From positions 124,001 to 188,000 of the forward strand of contig NW_027271351.1 of assembly GCF_040938485.1 (NCBI RefSeq): a stretch of 64,000 nucleotides of DNA. The letters run 5' to 3'. Shown one piece after another: positions 54,519-64,000 of this stretch. The notes below the pieces were generated by a model. The model searched no databases, was not told the DNA's origin, and saw only the letters and a program-made list of their open reading frames with translations. The position numbers were made by a program, and so were the translations under genes. Position 1 is the first letter of the stretch; every line of letters begins with the position of its first letter. This stretch comes from Diadema antillarum (Eukaryota).

Positions 54519-55766
54519 AAATGAAAGAAAGATATTATTCAGAGGGATGAAGGCTCAGGTTTGAGTTTCTTCAGTTTGTCTCCCTCTACAAATGAAAATT
54601 TGTTAAGATCGCAACTGCTGATCTGTAAATTAACGAACATGTCGGAAAAAAGGAACCAGTGGGACTCAAACCTGTCATCTACTGCTTTCCGGGCAGTGAC
54701 ACTACCACCAGGCTGTCCCTGGTTGCCGGCAGTGACACGATGAACATGGAACAAATACCCAAGCTCAGAGATTCCGACATTGTTATGTTAAGTAGTCCAA
54801 GGCGGACAAGGCATAGGATAAATGAAAGAAAGATATTATTCAGAGGGGTGAAGGCTCAGGTTTGAGTTTCTTCAGTTTGTCTCCCTCTACAAATGAAAAT
54901 TTGTTAAGATCGCAACTGCTGATCTGTAAATTAACGAACATGTCGGAAAAAAGGAACCAGTGGGACTCAAACCTGTCATCTACTGCTTTCCGGGCAGTGA
55001 CACTACCACCAGGCTGTCCCTGGTTGCCGGCAGTGACACGATGAACATGGAACAAATACCCAAGCTCAGAGATTCCGACATTGTTATGTTAAGTAGTCCA
55101 AGGCGGACAAGGCATAGGATAAATGAAAGAAAGATATTATTCAGAGGGGTGAAGGCTCAGGTTTGAGTTTCTTCAGTTTGTCTCCCTCTACAAATGAAAA
55201 TTTGTTAAGATCGCAACTGCTGATCTGTAAATTAACGAACATGTCGGAAAAAAGGAACCAGTGGGACTCAAACCTGTCATCTACTGCTTTCCGGGCAGTG
55301 ACACTACCACCAGGCTGTCCCTGGTTGCCGGCAGTGACACGATGAACATGGAACAAATACCCAAGCTCAGAGATTCCGACATTGTTATGTTAAGTAGTCC
55401 AAGGCGGACAAGGCATAGGATAAATGAAAGAAAGATATTATTCAGAGGGGTGAAGGCTCAGGTTTGAGTTTCTTCAGTTTGTCTCCCTCTACAAATGAAA
55501 ATTTGTTAAGATCGCAACTGCTGATCTGTAAATTAACAAACATGTTGGAAAAAAGGAACCAGTGGGACTCGAACCTGTCATCTACTGCTTTCTGGACAGC
55601 GACACTACCACCAGGCTGTCCCTGGTTGCCGGCAGTGACACAATGAACATGGAACAAATACCCAACAGCAGGTTGTTCTGACATGTTTGTTAATTTACAG
55701 ATCAGCAGTTGCGATCTTGACAAATTTTCATTTGTAGAGGGAGACAAACTGAAGAAACTCAAACCT
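54519..55766. repeat. 301-bp tandem array (about 4 units) with a tRNA-like segment, ending in a 91-bp inverted repeat, flanked by a 12-bp direct repeat
   Basis: Period 301 (identical ORFs at 54539/54840/55141). 55676-55766 is the reverse complement of the unit start at 54557. TAAGTAATTCTT at 54507-54518 and 55766-55777. Confidence 0.92.
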
Positions 55767-56182
55767 AAGTAATTCTTGTAATACAATATAGATGATTTCT
55801 AGGGTAAGATGGGGGATGGTTTTATGGATTGTCTTGATCACTTATGATATCTTTACCTACAAATGCTATTGTTTGTGACTGAGGAAGAAGAGAGTATTTG
55901 TTTGTTTGTTTGTTGTTGTGTTGGTTTTTTGGATGATGTTTGCTGAAGTTGCCAAACTGTTACCTGCTGTTGGTATTTTGTGTCATAAGCAGTAGTGTTG
56001 GTGTACATGGATGCAGAAGCAGTTGACATGATGCAAGAAATGACCTCATTTAACCTGCAGCATATTAGCCAATCACAAAACAGGGTTTCTCAAGTGCCTT
56101 CACACAGGAAAATGTTTCGGTTTATTTGTGATCCATTGTTGTTCTGATCTGTGTTAGTCATTTTTGTCTCAATCTCATGCAG

Positions 56183-56273
56183 GATCTGATCTACTCAGAC
56201 TAGCGAAGGAAGATCTCATTCGAATTCTAGGGCCAGCTGATGGAATTAGACTCAACAACGCCTTACAAGAAAG
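56183..56273 (+). CDS. TFCP2: TFCP2 SAM-like exon 2 (GSDLLRLAKEDLIRILGPADGIRLNNALQER)
   Basis: tgcag| and |gtatgg, phase 1 to 2. Confidence 0.95.
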
Positions 56274-56440
56274 GTATGGAGTGAATACCATCATAGGGGC
56301 AGCAAGGTGGCTGGCCTACATGCTAGCATGTTTGCCTTGCCATCAAGAAGCGTAGATTTGAGTCCATAGTGCTCTGTCTTTCCAATAGGATGTACACAGG
56401 CAGTCCCATGTGTGACAGAGTAACTACTCTTGCCTGTTAA

Positions 56441-56866
56441 GGCTGCGTTCACATAGAAGTATTCGGTATTCGGTATTCGGTATTCGAGCACCGAATACAC
56501 TATCACTCGCACCGTCAACTCACCATCCCAGGTAGTGAGGATTTCTTCCTCCTACATCGCAGAAAATCTTATTAACAATTTCTAAACTGCATCAGAATGT
56601 CAGTCTACATGCTTATTTTTGCTAAAGGGCAAATCCAGACCAAAATTGTCATTATTTCATAAACGAGAGACGGTATACTCTGCAAGAAAATCGAACAAGC
56701 TCGATTCCCACTTTGCTACACTTTTCGCAGCTATTCGGTACTTTCGAATAGTGCCCTCTTATGTGAACCGGTGTGTGGAAATCCTATCGTTCGATTCAAG
56801 CTATTCGCGTGCCCTCGAAAAACGAGCCCGAATACCCGAATAGTATACTTCTATGTGAACGCAGCC
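56441..56866. mobile_element. PIF/Harbinger-like MITE
   Basis: taa|ggctgcgttcacatagaagta ... tacttctatgtgaacgcagcc|taa. Confidence 0.85.
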
Positions 56867-57847
56867 TAAACCCTTGTGCTTTATTCACCATTTGGCATGC
56901 AGGCGAGAATGCTTTCTTTGCCAATTTGCACAGATGTTTAGAATCTGATTGTCAGTGAATAGAGATTACCTCATCCCCTTTAATTATCCCTATTTTGTCA
57001 CCATGGCCTGCGTGTTGGACTGAGGCACATTGCTACACTTGAGTGGGTTTGCTGTGCAACTAGGTCAAGTTGGAATGGATTGATGAATTCCGATGAAACA
57101 GATCGGCAAGTCCAACTAGACACCTTTGCACATAGAGGGTCAGGGAGGTTACACTTCAAATTTCCTCATAAATAGTAGGGTGCAAGACAAGGGGGCAACC
57201 CTATAAAATTGGCAGTTTACGCACACGCACACCCTCCATGAAATATTAAGTGAGTAATGGTTTCCCCTAGGTGACTTCCAGTTGTCAACAAGCAGTATCA
57301 ACCCAACACCTTGTGCCATACAGATAAATGAGTGAATGCCATTATTAAAGGCTATAAGGTGTGTTCCTTATGCTTTCCAGTTTTCTGCAGCATAGCAGAA
57401 GACTTCTTACATCTGGCATTAGGAACGGACATGGCTTTTGTTTATTAGGGGTTTTGTTTTATTTTTTTAATGAAAAGTGAACGCATGCTTTTTAGTTTCC
57501 CCTTACTTGATATTTTGTTATGAGTATATGTGATGTCTTCCAGTTGGCAGATGAAAATACTACATACAATAAAGCTTTGGATTACTCTCACATGTTATTC
57601 ATTTTTCTGTAGCATACTTGTTCAGTTAACCCCTACCCCTATAAATCCTGGTTATCGTGGTATATCAAATAGGAGCTTATAAAAGTATTGCACAAGACTT
57701 TTGTTATACACAAGACTTTTGTTCTATCTTCAAAGAGAAGTAGGCCAATATGTGGTCCTTCAATTGAATTAAGAGGACATTAAAGGGATAGTACAGTTTT
57801 GGTTGAGATGAGAAATAGGCTTTCAAATTTTTGCAAGATACCAAGAA

Positions 57848-59660
57848 GGTTGACACTTTAAATACGGAATTAAGCAACATCTCGAAGTGGTTTAAAAGTA
57901 ATAAGCTTTCATTGAATATTGGTAAGACATGTTTTATACACTTTCATACGTTGCAATCCCAACCCACCCTTCCTCAAAGTATTTTTATTGATGATATAAA
58001 CATTGCTGAGAAACATTCAACCAAGTTCCTAGGAGTAACCCTAGATAGCAATCTAACTTGGAATACTCATGTTCAGAATATTACAACAGCAATATCTAAA
58101 GCAACTGGTGTTTTAAGAAGAATAAAATATTTAATAAATGATCAAATTTTAATTATGTTATATAACACTTTATTTTTACCATATGTAATGTACTGTAATA
58201 TTGTATGGGGCAACAGTAGCAAAACAAAATTGAACACAATTTTTCTTCTCCAGAAAAAGGCTCTTCGTATATGCACACATTCACATTTTTTGGCTCACAC
58301 TGACCCCATATTTTATCACCCAAAAATTTTTGAATTCCCATGATATACATTTATACCTAACTGCCATATTTATGTATAAACACACTCGAAATGCATTACC
58401 ATTTTTTCATAATACCCTAGTAACCAATGACCATATTCACTCATACCCTACCCGTCGTTCCCATGATTTTCACTTAAGTAATCCGAAGCTTTTACTTGCT
58501 CAAAAGTTGATTAGACATCAAGGTCCGGATACATGGAACACTCTTCCTGAGGAGTTGAAACAGTGTGCCTCCTTGTTTTCATTTAAAGCAAACTTAAAGA
58601 AGTACATTTTATTACAGTATATTTCAAATATGAACTAAAAACAAATAAATTATATAACTAATGTTGGTCTTCTGATAGCAACAGCGCATATTGTCCCCTC
58701 TTTCAGTAAACCAATTTCATTATTCTAAATTCCAGCCTATCTGCCATTGTGCACCCTCAAGCACCTGCACACACATTCACCACCACCACCACCATCACAC
58801 ACCAGAGTTTATTTTCCCCTGCTACCTTGGCAGCAGAATTTATATTGTTACGAATTTAGTACGTCCTTATCTTTTCCTCGGGCCGGCCATCTTTTCAAGC
58901 AATGCTTATAATGGCGGCCCTCTGCATAATCGTTTCTTAACTATAAATGTTATTCTTATTGAATCACTGCTGCATAGACATGCATACTGTATATTAAATT
59001 TCTTTCATATCGTTGTTTATGCAAGTCAAAAGACTGTGTTAAATTTACTTTACATATGTCCTACATGTTCATGATTATGTACTTAATATGTACAGTTGAA
59101 CCTCTATTATCCGGCCTCCCTTTATCCGGATCTCTCTATTATCCGGACGCAATCTCGCCGTGATTTTTTTTTTTTTTTTTTAATAATTACGGGAAGAAAG
59201 GGGGATTCCCAACTCCTTGAGAACTCCTACCCAAACACACATGAATTATAGATTTGTACATATTACTTCCAATATGATTAACATACATTACATCAAATTT
59301 CCTTCCAAATTGCTTACCTTCAGACATTTCAACATCCCGAAACATCCCCAAATGTAACAATGAAAAGGTTGCAGTATACACATTACTATACATGTAGCAC
59401 TACAATGGGCTACATCAGTACATGTGTATGTATATGTACATGTATAAAGCATTGAGTCTCCCGTATCCGGCCAAATCCCTTATCCGGATGAGCCCCGGTC
59501 CCGACTTGTCCGGATACGAGAGGTTCAACTGTATCGTGGTTTATGCAAGTCAAATGACTTTGCGTTGAATTTACATTGTATATTTCCTGCATTTTCATGA
59601 TTATGTAACTTATGTATATTGATTTGCAGAAAATAAAGTATCTATCAAAAAAAAAAAACA
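57848..59660 (+). mobile_element. 5'-truncated LINE (CR1/L2-like RT C-terminus, 3' UTR, poly-A tail)
   Basis: WFKSNKLSLNIGKT, KFLGVTLDSNLTW..H, LYNTLFLPY..YCNIVWG, LQKKALR, GP.TWN.LP motifs. One frameshift near 58310-58330; stop at 58638; AATAAA near 59632 followed by an A-run. Confidence 0.9.
59093..59531. mobile_element. Tc1/mariner-like MITE, TIR cagttgaacctc, TA TSD
   Basis: ta|cagttgaacctc ... gaggttcaactg|ta, inside the LINE 3' UTR. Confidence 0.85.
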
Positions 59661-60123
59661 ACAACACTAATATGATATAGCACAGAGCATACCATTTTAA
59701 GAGGAATTCAGAGTTTATTTGATGAAAATCGGGTTTGGAATAACTGAAACATCCAAAAACAAAGTAAAACAAAGCAATCATTACAAAGTGTGGGTCCCAC
59801 ACTTTATTAGAATCATTCTTTTTTGGATATCTCAGCCATTTCAAAACCAATTTTTATCAAATAAACATTGAATTCCTTATAAAATTGCATGCTCTTTCAT
59901 ATTTCATATGAGATTTCTCATTATCTCACCTAAAAATGTTAGAAACCTGAAATTAGGTCTCAACCAGAACTGTACGATCCCTTTAACATAGACTGCCTCA
60001 TAATTCTTGAATACTTCAGACCATGAAATCATTTGCAGACTGTTGCATATTTCGTGTATGATGTCGAGTTAAGAGGAGCAGGATGTGAGAATTAATGTGA
60101 TGTGATATGATTCTTCTTTTCAG

Positions 60124-60173
60124 GCACATAAGACCAAGACTAACAATGTATGTTTGCCAAGAGCAAGAACAAG
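60124..60173 (+). CDS. TFCP2: TFCP2 exon (HIRPRLTMYVCQEQEQ), last one found
   Basis: ttttcag| and |gtaagc, phase 2 to 1; RPRLT.YVCQE motif. Confidence 0.93.
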
Positions 60174-60309
60174 GTAAGCTGTCAGTTCAAAAGTGGATGT
60201 TAACAACTTATCAACACTTGTTCTTGTTCATTTGTAACTTGATACATTCCATTCAAGGTCAGTTTGGGAGGGGGGGTGCAGTAATATTTCTCAGCATAGC
60301 AACTGTCAA

Positions 60310-62960
60310 TTATAGGAATAACGCATTCTGCAGAGTTGTTTAGCGAGTATGCAGTGCACGAGAGGTTTCTTCTGAGCATGCGCACTCCACACAAGCCAGA
60401 GGCGAGTGTGGAGTGTGCATGCGAAGAAGAAACCTCGAGTGCACTGCATATCGCTGAACAACGACGGGATAATGTGTTTATTCCTTTTATAAGATGGCTA
60501 AGTAATTTCAAACGTGAGGTTAATATACCTTGTATGAGAAAGAAATAATGAAATAAATCAAATATCAAAGATTTTGAAGTTGTACTTACGGTTGGAAAAT
60601 GGTCCAGAGTAGGCTTTCTCCAAGATTATCCCAGCTTGTGCTGAATCTGTGATATATTCCAAAGTTTCAAATCCAACACATGAAATTGAAAATGTTCCAA
60701 CTCTCAAGAATTCAACATATTTACCGCTATTTACAGCAGATCTGACAGCTTATACTGCCTAGATCTAGTTGTTGATAGTCACGTTACATCCGTGGAAGTG
60801 GAAAACGTTTCCACTCCCCGAACGAACGTGACCGGTGTCCCTCCTGACCGTGATCGATTATGTCGACTGTGTACTAATAGTTTGGTTTTGGGTTAGAACG
60901 ATGTTATCCTGCCGGATATCGCACTCGTACTCGGAGTCGTAGTCATAGCTATTTGCTACAGTTTCTTGACTAAAGTTACTCGTTGTTGTTGCTATGGCAC
61001 TGGATGTGGAGGGGCATTCCGCGATGGCCTTGCTACAAGATGTAGATTCCTGGTCGCCCAGCTCCTGGTTCTTATTGTCCTTGTTGACATCCGAGTATAC
61101 AATTGTAGGCAAGTGGCCAACGATTCAGACATTTTTTTTCAGTTTCGTTTGGCTTGTTTTGGAATAGTGCTTCAGCGAATCTGCCAATTTGTGCCCGCTG
61201 ACACTCTGGATATCGCGAGCCTCGTATCCACAGGCATCGAGTGTTGTGATGCTGGTTGCCCTTAGACAGTGATTGGTGTACGTTAGCTTGCATCCGGCCT
61301 TTTGTGACAGATTTTTCTGTTTGTTGCCAATCGTGTTAATGCCTAATGGGGCATTGTCGAACCATGGGGTATCTTGTGCCAGCTCCTCCTTCGAAACATC
61401 TTTTGGCCTTTGCCACATCCAAGGATTTTGGGGGTTCAACTTCGCTACATATTTCTCAAATGTGGCTACCGGACATCTTTCACCCAGTTCAGGCATTTCA
61501 AACATCAAGCCAGCATCGGCTTCTCGGATGACATTTTCGCGGTTGTTTTTTGTTAGAAAGTCTCTCATTTGTACGTATATCTGTCCACAATCATCTGCTT
61601 TGATGGTAAAGTCTTCAGCTTTCATCCCACGAATATTCTCCCATCCTCGATTACAGTAAAAGGTGAGAATGTCCAAGAAAACCTTATCCTGGAGGCCTCT
61701 GGGGGTGGAGAGGTCTAGTGAGTCTTGTATCTTGCTCATGTCGTCTGATGAAATCACAGGTTTGTGTACAACGGATCCTTTACCTTCTTTCTTTGCCTTC
61801 ACTTTCATCGCTTTGAAAACGCGGTTTGCTTGAGGAAACTTGCTGCTATCACCAATATCTATTCCATAGTTCTCGACAAAGTATCTCTGAACACCGAACC
61901 TAATGTTTTGTAGCGACCTTGTTTTGTATGATTCTCCATTGTCCTTCCTTATTCCAGAGTAGAATTTGGTCAAAAACTTGTCCAAATCTTTGGTATCCTT
62001 GGCGATTTCTTCCAAATCAGTTCCAGTGAGTTTGGCAAAGTCCATGAGTTTACATTTAGCAAATTTCAATACCTTCTTTGTCCCTTTGCTGTCCATGTCG
62101 TTTACCAGTTGGTCAATCTCTTCGTCTGTCATAACTTGGAAGGAGATGGAAAAGTCCTCCTCCTTTGTTTGATTCACAGACGCCATATCTCAAGGTTTCC
62201 GAATGAGTTGTGATTTCGAAACAGATGCACAAAGGCAGGCTACAGCGACGAAACTTAAGCCAATCAGTAATCGAGATCGTAGATCGTGAGATAGACTAGA
62301 TCAAAATCAGTAAAAACGAGGAGCCATAAAAACTCTTATTTCAGCAGGAGTTAATTTTTGATAGCACAAGTTTTAAATCCTATAAAATAATATGAGTGGT
62401 GGCCTTGAAACTATCTGGTTAAATGAAGAATTTTACTGCAAAAGGTTATTTTTACTGAGTTTCCACTGAAAAATCGTCGGTACGTCCCTGGCGATCAATG
62501 AATGTGTGTCATAAATTCAATTTCTTTTTCAACATGATCTGGTGGATCAGGACGGCTGGCTAGTTAAGTTATAAGGTGATTTTGTGTGTTGTGCCTGTGT
62601 TCGGCAGACTGTTGTGGACACGAGTCAATTTTCGGTTAAAGACAACATCGAGTCTCTTTTTATATTACTAGTGCATGACTGAAATCACATTTAACCATGA
62701 AATTTTAATGTAATATTTCTAAATGTAAGCAATTAGTTTATGAAAAGTTCATTGTTCATTTTACGTGACCTCATTGAGCATAAGCTGGTACAAATCGAAA
62801 TCTCGACTTTTGAGACACTGCACATGCGCCAAAACTGTGCATTAGACAATTTGGGTGCGTGAAAATCCCACGGGCGTGCAGGGATAGACACTTTTCGCGA
62901 ATGACCACGTGGTACGCTTTGACCAATCAGCAAGCTGGAAATTACTTAGCCATCTTATAA
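60310..62960 (-). mobile_element. Crypton-type tyrosine-recombinase DNA transposon (decayed), with a 23-bp inverted repeat and a terminal 183-bp hairpin
   Basis: YR ORF at 60765-62186. Perfect inverted repeat TTATAAGATGGCTAAGTAATTTC at 60487-60509 and 62938-62960. Imperfect palindrome at 60310-60492. Confidence 0.88.
60765..62186 (-). pseudogene. Crypton tyrosine recombinase (DUF3504/CryptonA-like); 353-aa open part, ancestral ORF about 473 aa with two in-frame stops
   Basis: Catalytic R-x-x-E (NRGWEN), H-x-x-R (TNHCLRAT), SGH and Y (SLKHY) are present. The same frame continues past TGA (61125-61127) and TAA (60858-60860) to GNVFHFHGCNVTINN* ending at 60765. Confidence 0.9.
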
Positions 62961-64000
62961 TGTACAATGAGATAATACCTTCCAAGATGACTTTGACTGT
63001 CAGTGTGTGGTTGTAAGCACCTTTAAAAGAGGGCAGTAACAGTTTTCCCCTCAATATATTGTTATTATAGATTGACAGGGAAATGTATTTAAAGACGCTG
63101 CAGTGTGGGGATACCATGGAGTGAAAAGGCTGGCTTGGCTCAAATATATTTGAGAATTCAAGTAAAGAATTGTGAATAGCTCTCTCTCTCTCTCTGATCT
63201 CTCGGTAAGTGCACACACAGGCAAAGAAACTCAAGTGGAGCTGACTGTTACCGATGAGCATACGCTTTGATGCACATATTTGCTGACCCATGGCGGTTGG
63301 GCTCTATATTTGTGGTTTTCTAATGTACCCCGTTGGGCAGCGAATGAAGATTCAATCAGACTGTGGAAAAGAAAAAAAAAAATTCAATCAGACCACCCAT
63401 GTTCCCCATGCTACTGGGCCGTGAAACTTTGTTTGATAGCATGGTTGACAAACACTATCCTTCAAAAAATGAGGCAGGGTTTTGTGTGCAAGTTCTGCAT
63501 GAGCACACTATGTGTATATTTACTTGTCTTCTTGCTGAAAGTACAATAACATTTCACTGTGAGAAACATCAACAAAACAAAACAAATACCTGGTAGAACA
63601 CTGTCCATCAGTGTCATTGATTCCAGGGTACTGCCATCTGTACAGTGAATGCATAGTGTAGATTATTGGTGCTGACATGTTTACAGAACATTCAGTGGAA
63701 TGCAGCTCCTTATTTTGCCATGACAGATTATTCATTTGACAGCAGCGACAAATTGTAGGTTCTATAAAATTTCAATCTCAGATGTTTTCATGACTTTCAG
63801 TAGTTTTCAAGTCTCATCATTTGCCCAATTTTTGCTCAAATTCTTAGTGGCTCGCAGCTTTGGTAATTCCTGCTTAGAATGAGCCTAATTTTTTACCTAT
63901 AAAAAAATTCACTTGAAATAAGAGAAGATAAAAGTTTTGAGCAATTTTCTTTTTTTCTCACCCCCCCCCCCCCAACTCAGTTTACCATGCTGTTTACCTA

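Larger units (their letters stand above)
57780..59986. mobile_element. TTAA-flanked MITE (ttaaaggg...ccctttaa, Kolobok-like) split by the LINE
   Basis: 57780-57847 and about 59661-59986 match the two halves of the intact copy at 49318-49709. Confidence 0.85.
29323..60173 (+). other. TFCP2: TFCP2/LSF-family transcription factor gene, 3'-incomplete in this window
   Basis: Phase-consistent exons encode MAW..DF..SLSG.G.ELG.GAY.MS.VLALP.FKQE, the CP2 DNA-binding domain (AATSPA.K..EETLTYLNQGQSYE; [23 protein letters not shown]; [24 protein letters not shown]) and a SAM-like domain (WL..NRF..Y..LF.NF.G.DLL.L...DLI.I.GPADGIRL.NAL). These are features of the CP2/LSF branch, not the Grainyhead branch. 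Confidence 0.95.

Noticed and set aside
54519-55766. tRNA gene cluster or CRISPR-like array; the 60-71 aa ORFs repeated in each unit
   Set aside because: The T stem does not pair and the B box is mutated in 3 of 4 units; there are no unique spacers; the ORFs merely repeat with the unit and resemble no protein I recognise.
29323-60173. Assignment as Grainyhead (GRH/GRHL)
   Set aside because: The MAW..ELG.GAY.MS N-terminus, [11 protein letters not shown] and the SAM-like domain are diagnostic of the CP2/LSF branch.
60966-62172. + strand ORFs overlapping the Crypton ORF
   Set aside because: Antisense shadows of the recombinase frame; no independent coding signal.
63363-63596. ORF as the missing TFCP2 C-terminal exon
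   Set aside because: It lacks the expected VYHAIYLE/GPTGIHV-type motifs and has no convincing phase-1 acceptor; the terminal exons probably lie beyond 64000.

Overview
AT-rich eukaryotic genomic DNA with spliceosomal introns. The gene and repeat content suggests a marine invertebrate deuterostome, probably a sea urchin (inference). There are two + strand genes. (1) A complete 9-coding-exon tropomodulin (1705-17865, 349 aa). (2) A TFCP2/LSF (CP2/Grainyhead superfamily) transcription factor whose CDS starts at about 29323 and runs off the right edge; 13 candidate exons were traced to 60173 and the C-terminal exon(s) were not found. Introns are packed with MITEs (TTAA-, TA- and 3-bp-TSD types), Helentron/HINE-like elements, LINE fragments and microsatellites. 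There is a 292-N gap at 9420-9711. The most striking feature is a 2.65-kb decayed Crypton-type tyrosine-recombinase element (60310-62960, -). It has three TTATAA cores, and its internal junction is the reverse complement of the joined element ends. A non-coding 535-bp element at 26664-27198 has the same layout and the same CCAAT/E-box spacing. Also notable: a frame-compatible FLYWCH zinc-finger exon in TFCP2 intron 1, a duplicated exon pair in TFCP2, and a 301-bp tandem array carrying a tRNA-like head. All coordinates, splice sites and alignments were read by eye; no database searches were run.
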